From Pseudomonas aeruginosa (GTDB lineage Bacteria; Pseudomonadota; Gammaproteobacteria; Pseudomonadales; Pseudomonadaceae), in the NCBI RefSeq assembly GCF_001457615.1, contig NZ_LN831024.1, forward strand, positions 5,970,001-6,002,000: a DNA stretch of 32,000 nucleotides. Reading direction: 5' to 3'. Both the position numbers and the translations under genes were made by a program. Shown here one piece after another: positions 1-11,000 of the stretch. A model generated the notes under the pieces. That model saw only the letters and a program-made list of their open reading frames with translations, was not told where the DNA came from and searched no databases. Each line of letters begins with the position of its first letter. Position 1 is the stretch's first letter.

Positions 1-338
1 TCCGCAGCCCGCCGCAAATGACGCAGCGCCTGCGGCCAGTTGCCTTCGCCGAGATCGCGCAGGCCGCTGTGCTCGGCCATCTGCACGCGACGCCGGCGGT
101 TGTAGCGCGACCAGGGGTTGACCACCCGCCCCGAGCTGCCGAGCAGGCGCAGGACCAGGCGCACCAGCACCACCAGCAGCCAGACCACCGCCAGCAGGGC
201 GAGGAACGACCACAGGCTGGATTCGTAACGGAAGCTCTTGTAGGCGATCAGCACATAGCCGGCCTGCTCGGAGATCGCCAGCCCAACCAGCGTGGCGACC
301 AGCACCACCGCCAGAACCAGGAGGTAGATGCGTCTCAT
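1..338 (-). CDS. hemY: HemY-like heme biosynthesis operon protein, N-terminal part (continues past window start)
   Basis: Reverse-strand reading from ATG at 338 gives MRRIYLLVLVLAVVLVATLVGLAISEQAGYVLIAYKSFRYESSLWSFLALLAVVWLLLV..., two TM segments typical of HemY. Overlaps the hemX stop by 4 nt. Confidence 0.85.
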   Translation of the reverse strand, partial: MRRIYLLVLAVVLVATLVGLAISEQAGYVLIAYKSFRYESSLWSFLALLAVVWLLVVLVRLVLRLLGSSGRVVNPWSRYNRRRRVQMAEHSGLRDLGEGNWPQALRHLRRAA

Positions 339-1465
339 GGACGGCCCTCCGTGGCCGGAGCCGCCTGCGCCTCGGGCACCAGGTTGCCGGCGGCCTCGCG
401 GCGCGACACGTAGGACTGCAAGGCGCTCAGGGCCGGTGCGAGGTCAGGGACCTGCACGGTGACCGGCTGCTTCGCCAACTCATCGATACGCAACTTCAAC
501 GCGCGGCTGTCGGCCAGCTCTACGTTGAAATAGCCGTCCAGCACGTCCTGGGCCTGCTTCAGCGCCTGCTCGTAGACTTCCTGCTTGCCATTCAGCGCCG
601 CCCACTGGGCTTGCTCCAGGGCCAGGCCGATGGTCAGGCGCACCTGCGCCAATTGCTCGCCGGCCAGCAGCGGACGAATGTCCTGGCCGGCATTGAAGTC
701 GATGCGGATGTAGCGCGAGATCTTCTCCCACCACAGCTCCCAGGTGCTGTTGCCGTCGCCCCAGGCGACATTGCTGGCACCGCTTTCGCCTTCCTTGAAG
801 GTCGGCGTGAGCGGTTGCAACTGGTTGACCTGCTCGCGCAACGCCGCCAGTTGCACGAACAGCCCGGTACGGTCCGGCTCCGGCAACGCACGCAGGGCCT
901 CGAGGCTGGCCGCCAGCTTGGCGCGGGCGGCATAGGCGCCGGGATCGTTCTGCGCGCGCAGGATGTCATCAGCGCCCTGCACCAGTTCGGTGGCGCTGCC
1001 CACGTCCTGCAAGGCGGACAGGCGCAGGCTGGCCAGGCGCAGCAGGTGTTCGGCCTCGGCCAGTCGCCATTGCTGGCGGCTCTGGCCGAGGACCTTCTTC
1101 AGTTGCTCGCTGAGATGCTGCTGGTCGCCCTGCAGCTCCACCACAAGGCGTCGCCGGGCCTCCAGTTCGTCCGCGGTAGGCAAAGCGTCCAGGCGGGCAG
1201 CCAGTTGCTGGTTACGCTGGGCCAGGGATTCGGTCTTGCCACGGGCATCTTCCAGCTGCGCCAGTTGGTCGCGCTCGGTGCCCTGCAACTGCTGGACCTG
1301 CCAGAAGCTCCAGCCACCCGCGCCGAGTCCCGCCACGCCAACCAGCAGGGCGAGCAACGCCAGGCCGGTGGCGGTACCGGAACGCCTGGATGCATCGGGT
1401 GCAACGGGAGAAGGGGTGGAAGTGGAAGTTCTTGCGTCGTCTTGGGGAGTGACTGCTTCGCTCAC
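335..1465 (-). CDS. hemX: HemX-like protein (uroporphyrinogen-III C-methyltransferase-related membrane protein)
   Basis: 376-aa ORF with GTG start, one N-terminal TM (GLALLALLVGVAGLGAGGWSFW) followed by coiled coil; located between hemD and hemY. Confidence 0.85.
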   Translation of the reverse strand: MSEAVTPQDDARTSTSTPSPVAPDASRRSGTATGLALLALLVGVAGLGAGGWSFWQVQQLQGTERDQLAQLEDARGKTESLAQRNQQLAARLDALPTADELEARRRLVVELQGDQQHLSEQLKKVLGQSRQQWRLAEAEHLLRLASLRLSALQDVGSATELVQGADDILRAQNDPGAYAARAKLAASLEALRALPEPDRTGLFVQLAALREQVNQLQPLTPTFKEGESGASNVAWGDGNSTWELWWEKISRYIRIDFNAGQDIRPLLAGEQLAQVRLTIGLALEQAQWAALNGKQEVYEQALKQAQDVLDGYFNVELADSRALKLRIDELAKQPVTVQVPDLAPALSALQSYVSRREAAGNLVPEAQAAPATEGRP

Positions 1466-1491
1466 AGGTCCATCCTTTGGTCAAGAAAGTT

Positions 1492-2247
1492 CTAGGCGGC
1501 GCTCGTCAGGGCCGCCAGCAAGGCCGGCGCGCTCGCGCCCCGGCAATCAATCACCCGTTGCGCACCCAGTTCGCGCGCCATCTCGGCGACCCGCGGGCTG
1601 GGTACGAACAGCGGCAACCGGCCTATCTCGGGCCAATCGGCTGCCGCCAACTGATACAGATTTTGCAAACCCTGTCCACTGCTGACCACCAGGCCGTTCA
1701 GGCGTTCCGCCCGCACCCTTGCCAGCAGCTCTCCGGCCGGATAGTCCGGAGCCCGGCGCCGGTAGAGTGGCAGGTAGTCCACCTGCACGCCTTGGCCGCG
1801 CAGGCGCTCGGCGAGGAATTCTCGGCCACCTTCGCCGCGCATGATCAGCACTTTCGGATCGTGCACGCGCAGGGAATCCTGGAACGCCGGCAGCGCCAGC
1901 AACGCTTCGCTGTCGTCGCCCTGTTCAGGGTAGGTTACGTCGAGGCCGTAGGCCTCGAGGATCGCCGCGGTCGCCGCGCCGACGCTGCACCAGGTCTGCT
2001 GCGGCGGCTGCGGCCAGTAGCGGTCGAGCCGCTCCAGCCCCAGGCGCGCCGCCGGCTTGCTGACCACCACCACCGCGCAGTAGCGGTCCAGGTCGAGCAT
2101 CAGCGTACGCTGCTCCGGGGTTTCTTCCAGCGGATCGATCGCCAACAGCGGCAGGCTGCTGCTATGGACGCCCGCCTCGCCGAGGCTGGCGGCCAGGGCC
2201 GCGCACTCCTCGTCGGGGCGCGTCAGCAGGAGCCGCCAGCCGCTCAC
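1492..2247 (-). CDS. hemD: Uroporphyrinogen-III synthase
   Basis: 251-aa ORF with GTG start, [26 protein letters not shown]..., overlaps the hemC stop by 4 nt. Confidence 0.9.
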   Translation of the reverse strand: MSGWRLLLTRPDEECAALAASLGEAGVHSSSLPLLAIDPLEETPEQRTLMLDLDRYCAVVVVSKPAARLGLERLDRYWPQPPQQTWCSVGAATAAILEAYGLDVTYPEQGDDSEALLALPAFQDSLRVHDPKVLIMRGEGGREFLAERLRGQGVQVDYLPLYRRRAPDYPAGELLARVRAERLNGLVVSSGQGLQNLYQLAAADWPEIGRLPLFVPSPRVAEMARELGAQRVIDCRGASAPALLAALTSAA

Positions 2248-3185
2248 GGATGTCCGGCCTCGCCGTAGACGGCTTCGAGAATCGCTTCGGCGCCCTGCTC
2301 CAGCAGGTCCTCGGCCACCCGCACGCCCAGCGCCTCGGCTTCCGCCAGTGGCGCCCGCCCCTCGGCGCGCAGCAACTGGGTGCCATCAGGCTGGCCGACC
2401 AGGCCGCGCAGCCACAGTTGGTCGCCCTCGCGGATGGCGTAGCAGGCGATCGGCACCTGGCAACCGCCGTTGAGCCGCTTGTTCAGCGCGCGCTCGGCAG
2501 TGACCCGCAGAGCCGTGTCGGTATGGTGCAAGGGTTCCAGCAAGGCATGCAGGTCGCTGTCGGCCGTACGGCATTCGATGCCGACGGCGCCTTGTCCGCC
2601 GGCGGGCAGGCTGTCGTCGACACTGATCGAGGAGCGGATGCGCGACTCGAAGCCGAGGCGGATCAGGCCGGCGGCGGCGAGGATGATCGCGTCGTATTCG
2701 CCGGCATCCAGCTTGGCCAGGCGGGTATTGACGTTGCCTCGCAGGAAACGGATCTGCAGGTCCGGCCGGCGCGCCAGCAGCTGCGCCTGGCGGCGCAGGC
2801 TGGAGGTGCCGACCACGCTGCCGGCTGGCAGTTGCTCGAGGCTGGCGTAGGTGTTCGAGACGAAAGCGTCACGCGGGTCTTCGCGCTCGCAGATGGTGTA
2901 GAGGCCGAGCCCCTCGGGAAAGTCCATCGGCACGTCCTTCATCGAATGCACCGCGATGTCGGCGGCGCCTTCGAGCAGGGCGGTTTCCAGTTCCTTGACG
3001 AACAGGCCCTTGCCGCCGATCTTCGCCAGCGGTGCGTCGAGCAGCTTGTCGCCGCGACTGGTCATCGGCAGCAGGGTGACGGTCAGGCCAGGATGAGCCT
3101 GCTCCAGGCGCGCCTTGACGTATTCGGCCTGCCACAAGGCGAGGGCGCTCTGGCGAGTGGCGATGCGGATTTCGCGGGACGACAT
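2244..3185 (-). CDS. hemC: Porphobilinogen deaminase (hydroxymethylbilane synthase)
   Basis: [29 protein letters not shown]... with the PBG deaminase cofactor-loop region [12 protein letters not shown]; 313 aa from ATG at 3185 (the track ORF is extended upstream). Confidence 0.95.
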   Translation of the reverse strand: MSSREIRIATRQSALALWQAEYVKARLEQAHPGLTVTLLPMTSRGDKLLDAPLAKIGGKGLFVKELETALLEGAADIAVHSMKDVPMDFPEGLGLYTICEREDPRDAFVSNTYASLEQLPAGSVVGTSSLRRQAQLLARRPDLQIRFLRGNVNTRLAKLDAGEYDAIILAAAGLIRLGFESRIRSSISVDDSLPAGGQGAVGIECRTADSDLHALLEPLHHTDTALRVTAERALNKRLNGGCQVPIACYAIREGDQLWLRGLVGQPDGTQLLRAEGRAPLAEAEALGVRVAEDLLEQGAEAILEAVYGEAGHP

Positions 3186-3293
3186 GGGATATTCCGTGCA
3201 CAGGGATGCGCCCATGATAACAGTTCGAACCCGAGTGCGCGGACGCTGGGCCCGATAGCCGCACCCGGGTCGCTGGCGAACCGCCGACCGCCG

Positions 3294-4039
3294 TCAGAGC
3301 TGATGCATCAGACGCCTGACCCCGGCCACGTGCCGCCGGCTGACGGTCAGTGCATCGCCGTCGAGGCCTTTCAGGTAGAGCTGGAAATGCCCCAGCGGCG
3401 TACGCTGCAGGCGTTCGATCCGTTCGCGGGCGACCAGCGCGTTGCGGTGGATGCGCACGAAGCGCTCGCCGAACTCGTCTTCCAGCGCCTTCAACGGCTC
3501 GTCCAGCAGCACCTCGCCCTGCGCATGGCGCAAGGTCACGTACTTGTGGTCGGCAATGAAGAAGATCACCTCTTCCAGCGGGATCAGCTCGATCCCCTTG
3601 CGGGTCCGTGCACTGATGTGGCTGCGCGGACCGCTGCCGCCGGAGGCCGGGGCTTGGTCAGCGCGGCCAGTTGCACGCGGTTCGGTCGCGAGGCTTTCTT
3701 CAACGCCTCGGCCAGGTCTTCGCTGCGCACCGGCTTGACCAGGTAGCCCACGGCGCTGACCTGGAAGGCTTCCAGGGCGAATTCGTCATGGGCCGTGCAG
3801 AAGATCACAGCCGGCGGCGCTTCCCGCTCGCAGAGTCTGGCCGCGACCTGGAGGCCGTCCAGACCGGGCATGCGGATATCCAGCAGGACGATATCGGGCT
3901 TGAGGCTGTCGATCAGCGTCAGCGCTTCTTCGCCATTGCTGGCCGAGGGCTCGAGGACGCGATAGCCGTCCAGTTGCCCTACCAATCGGGCCAGGCGCTC
4001 TCGCGCCAGAGGTTCGTCATCGACAATCAGGACATTCAT
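3294..4039 (-). pseudogene. algR: Response regulator AlgR, disrupted by a single-base deletion in the linker; receiver domain and LytTR domain are in different frames
   Basis: Frame A from ATG 4039: MNVLIVDDEPLARERLARLVGQLDGYRVLEPSAS...VGYLVKPVRSEDLAEALKKASRPNRVQLAALTKPRPPAAAVRAATSVHGPARGSS* (stop 3584-3586, 151 aa). Frame B contains VIFFIADHKYVTLRHAQGEVLLDEPLKALEDEFGERFVRIHRNALVARERIERLQ...RRHVAGVRRLMHQL* (stop 3294). Start-to-stop length is 746 nt versus 747 expected for the 248-aa protein. Confidence 0.92.
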
Positions 4040-4043
4040 AAGC

Positions 4044-5120
4044 TCAGGCTTCCTGCATGAGTCGCGCACATGGATAGCGTAGACAGGTGTAGTGCCGTCC
4101 GTCACGGCGCTCGACGCTGAGACTCGCTTTAGGCCCGAAAAGTGCCCCAAGTCGTGCATCGATATTGTGTAACGCCTGTCGCGTGCCTTTCGACGGGGGC
4201 GACTCGAGCGCCTCGTCGTAGGGGTTGCTCACACATAGCTGGAACACTCCTTCACGATAAACCGCCTCGACCTGCACCAGGCCACCTTCGACCCGCGGCT
4301 GGATGCCATAGATAAGCGCATTTTCCAGCAGCGGCTGCAAGGTCAGTTGGGGGATCGGCAGGTTGGCCGGCACCCCGTGCACCTGCCAGTCCAGTTGCAG
4401 GCGATCGCCAAGACGATACTGCTCAATGGAAAGATAGCGCCTTGCCAGCGCCAGTTCCTCCTCCCAGGAAACTAAAGTGCCGGGCTTCGCCAGGCTGGCC
4501 CGGAACAGGTCGGACAGGTCCAGCACCGCATGCTCGGCCTTCAGCGGGTCCAGCTCGATCAGGCTGGCGATGCTGTTCAGGCTGTTGAACAGGAAGTGCG
4601 GGCGAATCCGCGCCTGCAGCGATTCCAGGCGCGCCTGCAACTCGGCCTGCTGCTGCCGGCGCCACTGGCTCTGCAGGTAAAAGTAGCGCAGCACCAGGGC
4701 GGACATGATCAGCGCGATCAGCGCGTGCCGCAGATACAGATTGACCTCGCCGGCACGCGTCAGTTCTCCGCCCAGCTGATAGTGCTCGGCGACCGCCGTG
4801 CAGCCCAGGGTGAGGGCCACCACCAACAGGCAGCAGGCACTCCCCGCCAGCGCCACCGGCAGGCGTGCGAGCAATGGCCGCAGGCGGCAGAACAGCGCCG
4901 CCGAGAGCAGTACGATCCACTGCACGAACAGCGACGCCAGGGCCAGGCGCACCCAGTTGAAGCTCGGCGTCATCGGCTCCGCCAGCACCAGCACGAGCAC
5001 CAGCAGCTCCGCCAGCAGCACCAGGGTGAACAGGGCTTCGGCTTCGCAGAGCTCGGGAATGAAGAAGTCGTCTTGGACGGCCGGCCGGGTCGAGCGGCCG
5101 GGCTTGAATCGGATAGGCAT
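4044..5120 (-). CDS. fimS: Sensor kinase FimS/AlgZ (LytS-type histidine kinase)
   Basis: 358 aa from ATG 5120: [36 protein letters not shown]..., multi-TM N-terminus, H-box [18 protein letters not shown], directly upstream of algR. Confidence 0.93.
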   Translation of the reverse strand: MPIRFKPGRSTRPAVQDDFFIPELCEAEALFTLVLLAELLVLVLVLAEPMTPSFNWVRLALASLFVQWIVLLSAALFCRLRPLLARLPVALAGSACCLLVVALTLGCTAVAEHYQLGGELTRAGEVNLYLRHALIALIMSALVLRYFYLQSQWRRQQQAELQARLESLQARIRPHFLFNSLNSIASLIELDPLKAEHAVLDLSDLFRASLAKPGTLVSWEEELALARRYLSIEQYRLGDRLQLDWQVHGVPANLPIPQLTLQPLLENALIYGIQPRVEGGLVQVEAVYREGVFQLCVSNPYDEALESPPSKGTRQALHNIDARLGALFGPKASLSVERRDGRHYTCLRYPCARLMQEA

Positions 5121-5344
5121 CGACAGAGTTTCCGCAAGGCCCGTGGCGCCCGCAAGACAGCCGCGGGCGTATGGGCGAAATAAAGCACCGAAATGCCATC
5201 TGCCGCAAAAAACCGCGAAACAGCGCTCGTTCCGGCTTCGTCGACGAGCCGCCGGTTTTTCCTCCCGGCCTGCTATCATCGTCGCACTTTGCCCGTCACG
5301 CAGGCCGCGCGGCCTGTCCGTTTCTTGTTGCAGCGAGAGATACC

Positions 5345-6739
5345 ATGAGCGTAGAGAAGACCAACCAGTCCTGGGGCGGCCGCTTCAGCGAGCCCGTCGA
5401 CGCCTTCGTCGCCCGTTTCACCGCCTCCGTCGACTTCGACAAGCGTCTCTACCGCCACGACATCATGGGTTCCATCGCCCACGCCACGATGCTGGCCAAG
5501 GTCGGCGTGCTGAGCGACGCCGAGCGCGATGCGATCGTCGACGGCCTGCAACAGATCCAGGCGGAAATCGAAGCCGGCAGCTTCGACTGGCGCGTCGACC
5601 TGGAAGACGTGCACATGAACATCGAGGCGCGCCTGACCGACCGCATCGGCGTCACCGGCAAGAAGCTCCACACCGGCCGCTCGCGCAACGACCAGGTGGC
5701 CACCGACATCCGCCTCTGGCTACGCGACGAGATCGACACCATCCTCGCCGAGATCACCCGCCTGCAGGAGGGCCTGCTGGGCCTGGCCGAAGCGGAAGCC
5801 GACACCATCATGCCCGGTTTCACCCACCTGCAGACCGCCCAGCCGGTGACCTTCGGCCACCACCTGCTGGCCTGGTTCGAGATGCTCGGCCGAGACTACG
5901 AGCGCCTGGTCGACTGCCGCAAGCGGGTCAACCGCATGCCGCTCGGCTCGGCGGCCCTGGCCGGCACCACCTACCCGATCCAGCGCGAGATCACCTGCCA
6001 GTTGCTGGGCTTCGACGCGGTTGGCGGCAACTCCCTGGACGGCGTCTCCGACCGCGACTTCGCCATCGAATTCTGCGCCGCCGCCAGCCTGGCGATGATG
6101 CACCTGTCGCGCTTCTCGGAAGAGCTGGTGCTGTGGACCAGCGCGCAGTTCCAGTTCATCGACCTGCCCGACCGCTTCTGCACCGGCTCCTCGATCATGC
6201 CGCAGAAGAAGAACCCCGACGTGCCGGAGCTGGTACGCGGCAAGTCCGGCCGGGTGTTCGGCGCCCTCACCGGCTTGCTGACCCTGATGAAGGGCCAGCC
6301 GCTGGCCTACAACAAGGACAACCAGGAAGACAAGGAACCGCTGTTCGACGCCGCCGACACCCTGCGCGATAGCCTGCGCGCCTTCGCCGACATGGTCCCG
6401 GCGATCCGGCCCCGGCGCGAGATCATGCGCGAGGCGGCACGCCGCGGTTTCTCCACCGCCACCGACCTGGCGGACTACCTGGTGCGCAAGGGCCTGCCGT
6501 TCCGCGACTGCCACGAGATCGTCGGCCACGCAGTGAAGTACGGCGTAGACAGCGGCAAGGACCTCGCCGAGATGAGCCTCGACGAACTGCGCCGCTTCAG
6601 CGAGCAGATCGACGCCGACGTCTTCGACGTGCTGACCCTGGAAGGCTCGGTCAACGCCCGCGACCATATCGGCGGCACCGCGCCGAACCAGGTCCGTGCC
6701 GCCGTCGCCCGCGGCAGAAAACTGCTGGCACAGCGCTGA
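5345..6739 (+). CDS. argH: Argininosuccinate lyase
   Basis: [40 protein letters not shown]... with the fumarase/aspartase signature [15 protein letters not shown]; 464 aa from ATG 5345. Confidence 0.97.
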   Translation: MSVEKTNQSWGGRFSEPVDAFVARFTASVDFDKRLYRHDIMGSIAHATMLAKVGVLSDAERDAIVDGLQQIQAEIEAGSFDWRVDLEDVHMNIEARLTDRIGVTGKKLHTGRSRNDQVATDIRLWLRDEIDTILAEITRLQEGLLGLAEAEADTIMPGFTHLQTAQPVTFGHHLLAWFEMLGRDYERLVDCRKRVNRMPLGSAALAGTTYPIQREITCQLLGFDAVGGNSLDGVSDRDFAIEFCAAASLAMMHLSRFSEELVLWTSAQFQFIDLPDRFCTGSSIMPQKKNPDVPELVRGKSGRVFGALTGLLTLMKGQPLAYNKDNQEDKEPLFDAADTLRDSLRAFADMVPAIRPRREIMREAARRGFSTATDLADYLVRKGLPFRDCHEIVGHAVKYGVDSGKDLAEMSLDELRRFSEQIDADVFDVLTLEGSVNARDHIGGTAPNQVRAAVARGRKLLAQR

Positions 6740-6764
6740 AGTCGCGCCCAGTGCCCGGCAGATC

Positions 6765-6806
6765 TTCCTGTCCTACCCGAGACTTGATCACACGGCGGGA
6801 CAGGAA
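6765..6806. repeat. Inverted repeat between convergent genes, possible transcription end structure
   Basis: TTCCTGTCC (6765-6773) and GGACAGGAA (6798-6806), 9-bp arms with a 24-nt spacer and no T-tract. Confidence 0.35.
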
Positions 6807-6882
6807 CGCCCTTGTAGATCGACAGCCACTCTAGTGAAAGTCCTTCTTCGCTAACCGGTCGCAATGGCGGAATAACTCAGCA

Positions 6883-8088
6883 TCAGTGCTCATCATTGAA
6901 ATCATCGGCCCTGGGCGTGGCAAAAATGCCCTTGGCTTCCTGGCGCCGGTAATAGGCTTCGATGCTTAGCCCGGGATCGATGCGCGCCCTGACGATGCAG
7001 GGCTGCTGTTGCCAGGGATACTCATGCAGGCGTCGGTCCAGCTCCTTGCGCTCCTTGGCTGGCCAGCCCTGGTAGGTGCGCTGGCGCCAGTAATGGGGAT
7101 CGCGTCCGGTATGCCGATCATGCTCGGCGGTGACCGGATCCAAGGGGCGGCTCGGCTCCAGGACCGGCAGGTCGGGCAACGGCTGGGTCACGTCCATGTA
7201 GCGTTGCAGGCAGTCCCAGAAGGCCAGGGCATTGACCTTGTCGAGACCGAGGGAGTGGACGCGGGTGGCCAGACAGACCTTGTTGTCGGTATAGCGGTGA
7301 TGCAACCAGAGCGCATAGTCGTGGCTGCCGTAGCCACTGGGCAGCAATTGCAGCACCGGATCGAACTCGTCGAAGGGAGCGACGAACAGGCGGCGGAAGC
7401 GACGCTTGAAGCGGAGCATGCCGTCCAGGCGATTGAATTCACTGCCATCTTGCTTGAAGACTTTGCTGTAGAGCCAAAGGATGGCGCTGAAGCCGACTGC
7501 ACCCATAAAATAAGTAGCTACGCCTATCCAAATTGCTATTTGCAAACCATTGGTTCCAAATATTGTTCCATACTGGTACAAAGCCAATGGGATTGAAAAT
7601 AAAAAACCCGACATCTGAATAACGTGAAGATATTTTTTATTCGAAAGAAAGGCCACCATGGATATTACTGAAACAGCCACCACAAAGAATGAGCAAACCA
7701 AGGTGTAGAGTTGCTGTATGTCCCTCCTCCACTCTCCGGTGGCTTCTCCCATTATGCCAATTCCCAAAGCAATCCATACAAAAAAATAGCACAGCATCCT
7801 AAGCGTGAATATTATATAAGGAATTCTGCTAGAGTTCTGGAACTGCCAACGCATAGAGTTGCAATATGCCTCAGCACCTCCAACCTCTGACTTATCCTCA
7901 GCCCCGATCGAAAGCTGCCCTACAATCTCCATTTCCGGATCTAGATTGGCATAGTTCCCAAAGGCAAGATGGGTGTCAAAAATACCATTACGGTTAGACT
8001 CCTCCTTCCACCTTGGCGGCGGTAAAGAGTCGTTGACTTCACTGCGATAAGCACTGGCTGAGTACGTGGCATCCATGTGTACAGTCAT
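6883..8088 (-). CDS. Four-TM membrane protein with a soluble C-terminal domain; putative immunity protein for the adjacent T6SS effector (PA5264-like)
   Basis: 401-aa ORF with four hydrophobic segments (IPYIIFTLRMLCYFFVWIALGIGI; LYTLVCSFFVVAVSVISMVAFL; VIQMSGFLFSIPLALYQYGTIF; LQIAIWIGVATYFMGAVGFSAILWLY). Starts within the effector stop codon (4-nt overlap). Confidence 0.7.
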   Translation of the reverse strand: MTVHMDATYSASAYRSEVNDSLPPPRWKEESNRNGIFDTHLAFGNYANLDPEMEIVGQLSIGAEDKSEVGGAEAYCNSMRWQFQNSSRIPYIIFTLRMLCYFFVWIALGIGIMGEATGEWRRDIQQLYTLVCSFFVVAVSVISMVAFLSNKKYLHVIQMSGFLFSIPLALYQYGTIFGTNGLQIAIWIGVATYFMGAVGFSAILWLYSKVFKQDGSEFNRLDGMLRFKRRFRRLFVAPFDEFDPVLQLLPSGYGSHDYALWLHHRYTDNKVCLATRVHSLGLDKVNALAFWDCLQRYMDVTQPLPDLPVLEPSRPLDPVTAEHDRHTGRDPHYWRQRTYQGWPAKERKELDRRLHEYPWQQQPCIVRARIDPGLSIEAYYRRQEAKGIFATPRADDFNDEH

Positions 8089-11000
8089 ACGTTGAACTCA
8101 CTGTTCTCTATCAACCAATAAGGTGGCGCAGCATGGGGGCCCAAGTCGTCCGGGGGAAGGTACCGATTGGCGGATGTGAATGCACTCCAACTCTTCGGGC
8201 TGGGTTGAGGCAGGACAAGCCGCTGCTCAGGCTGGTCGGCATTGAGTTCGAACTGTGCGCTGATCTTCAAACCCTGGGTCATGCGCATGCTATAGCGGGC
8301 CCGAGGAGACAACTGCGGAATCGGCAGGCTGGCCGGCAGCACATAGAGCACGCTGGCAGCATCCAACGGCAAGGCTTCGAGCTTGGCGGGGCCCGCGGGG
8401 ACCCGATGGTAGCGCTTGACGCCGAACAGGGTGCCCGGATCGATCGGCAAGCTGCTGAGAAACTCCTGGGCCACCAGGCGGAACGCCTTCTGGCCATTCT
8501 CGAACATGGCCAGGAGCGGGGAACTCAGCACCACGGCCCAATCGTTTGCCTCCAGCGCCTGCAACTTGGGGTCGATGCAGGATAGCGCAGTGCGGCTGAC
8601 CGCTTGGCGACCCCGTTCCGCTTCCTGCAAGACAGATCGATGCGCCGCCGGCGCCAATTTGCGCCAGTCTTCCAGGCGATGGACAAAGACCCGCGGATGG
8701 CCGAGGACTCCCAGCAATTGGCGATAGGCCGTTTGCGGGTCTTTCAGATGGGCGAAGCGCTGGTCCTGGCCCATCAGCGAATCGAGCAGGCCAGCCTCGG
8801 CGAATTGCCGGCCGAAGGGGCCTTTCTTTACGATGGTTTCCGCATCGCTGTCAGTCAGTAGATTAGCGACCACAGTGCCTCCGATCGCCAAAACCGCACC
8901 AGCCAGCAAAGCATAAGGGTTTACTATCCATCCTAGGACGTAGGCACCCCAAAGGCCCCCACCCACTGCGGCCACACCGTAGGCCGCAGCCGCATCGCTA
9001 TCTCCCTGCCTCAAAGCTCGGTAGCCATCCCATACACTGATGCCTGCACCGAATAGTGTGGCTGCGCCACCAAGCCCACGTAGCAACCCTAACTTAGGGC
9101 TGCCTGTTTGAACTTCTAGATTCCTGGCCCATCGAGGGGATATTTGGGCTACCGATATACGTGGGGTTTCTAGATACTTTGCAGTAGATGGTCCGAAAAG
9201 CAGCTTTGCATGGCTTCCTCCAGCGGCTGTTAAATCGATTACTGCACCGACAGCCCCGATCGTCCCTCTGTGCTTTTCTCCACTGTCTACAAAGCCACTG
9301 TATGCCTGCACCTGCACATTCAAGTTATAAATCGCAAACCCCAGCATCATCGTCGGCACGATGCGAGTGTTCTCCATCACCTGGGTCAACGTGCCTAACT
9401 GCGTACGGAATTTCGTGTAGGCAAGCAGGTCCGGGTGATCCTTGGGTACCGCCACCACCATGACGTTGCGCAGGTTGGCGCGACTCATGCCGGTGTCGCG
9501 GGGACTGGTGCCGGCCAGGGGATTGCCGGCACCGTCCTGAACGATGGCGCGCCGATAGCTCTTGCGCCTCAGCTCCTGGCGCTCGACCTCGGTCAGACCG
9601 TTGCGCAGGCCGGCTCCGCGCACGCCGACGACAACCATGTCGAGCGGCACCTGACTGTCGGGCAGCAGGCGGATACCTTTCATCTTCACCGAGAGGGCGC
9701 TCAGAGTATTGAAGGTCGGTGCGAACAAGCGGTCGAGCTGGATCTGGGTGGCGCCCTGGGACAGCCGGCCGAGTTGCTCGACTACGCTGGCGCCGAACAC
9801 GTCCAGCAGGTCGCCGAGGAAGTAGGCGAGGCTCTTGCCGGCGCTGGGCTGGTCGACCTCGCCCAGCAGACTGGCTCCCAGCATCAGCGTGCTGAGGCCC
9901 ATTGCGTCGGGGTCCGGCGTCCGCGGGCTATCGCGCAGCGCCTGCAGGCGCCGAACCGGCTCGGGAAGTTGTCCTTCGTCCTTGGCCAGGAGCATGGCGC
10001 CAAGCGGGTGGCTTGCCTGCAGAACCGTGCTGACCACCCGCTCGACATGTGCCGCCAGCGCCCGGTAGGCGGTACCGCTGTACAGTGCGTCGCAGCGGTC
10101 GGGAAGCTGGTTCAGCGCAGCCAGTGCCTCGCTCATCAGGCTGTAGGGCTCCAGCAGGGCTTCGTCGCACTGGTGGGTCCAGTCCTGCAACACCGGGTGC
10201 AAGGGGCCTTCCAGCAGGGCAACCAGATGCTCGACCTGCTGCGTCAGGTGGATTCGGCAAGACTGTCGCTCCTCGGCGAAGATCGCCTCGTCCAGTTCGG
10301 CCTGATCGACCTCGCCCCTGAGCTTGGCGAGCGGGCCGTCGAGCATGTTGCTCAGCACCTGTGCATAGCGTCCGTTGGGACGGTGCGGCAGCAGTGCATT
10401 GAGGCTGCGCAAGTAGGCGGCGCAGTGGCGCGCCTGCGCCGCAGCGTGGCGCAAGGCGAACAGCGAGTCGTCGAGCATCAGCCCGATGAGGTTGGGATGG
10501 CCACGCAGCTTGAGGGTTTCCAGTACGTCCTCTCCGGCTTCCAGAGTAGGTAGCGCAGAGGGCGGAGCCTGCTTCAGCAGGGGCGCCAATTCCTGCTGGC
10601 GTCGCTGCAACTGGCACACCAGCGACTCTTCGCGAAAGGCGGCGAACGCAGGTGTGAATTCCGCCGGGTCTTCCAGCGCGCTCTCGACGTTGAAGTCGCG
10701 AGGTCGCAAACCCTGGGCGTGATGATCAATGACCAGCGCGGGTTGATGGATGGAGGCTTTCCAGTGCTGGTTGGCCACCGAGGCGTTCCAAGCGGACGCC
10801 ATCTGCTGGCAGCGCCGGTTGACCCGCTGCGGGTCCTCCTCCAGCCAGTCGATGTACGACCAAGGCCAGGGAGTTTCGCTATAGGCCATGGTGTAGCGTG
10901 GGATCACGAACTGCCCCTTGACCAGCACCGGCACCAGGATCAGCGCTTGTGTCTTGCCTACGGCCGGACGCTTGTCCGCACGCTGGCTGCGCCCCTGCAG

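Noticed and set aside
2250-3746. 498-aa plus-strand ORF opposite hemC and algR
   Set aside because: Shadow ORF; no domain pattern and it crosses gene boundaries.
4798-6372. 524-aa plus-strand ORF spanning the fimS/argH region
   Set aside because: Out-of-frame with argH and antisense to fimS; Arg/Pro/Ala-rich alternative-frame translation.
9435-10553. 372-aa plus-strand ORF inside the effector gene
   Set aside because: Antisense shadow of the 1089-aa ORF; no domain evidence, so not treated as a nested antitoxin.
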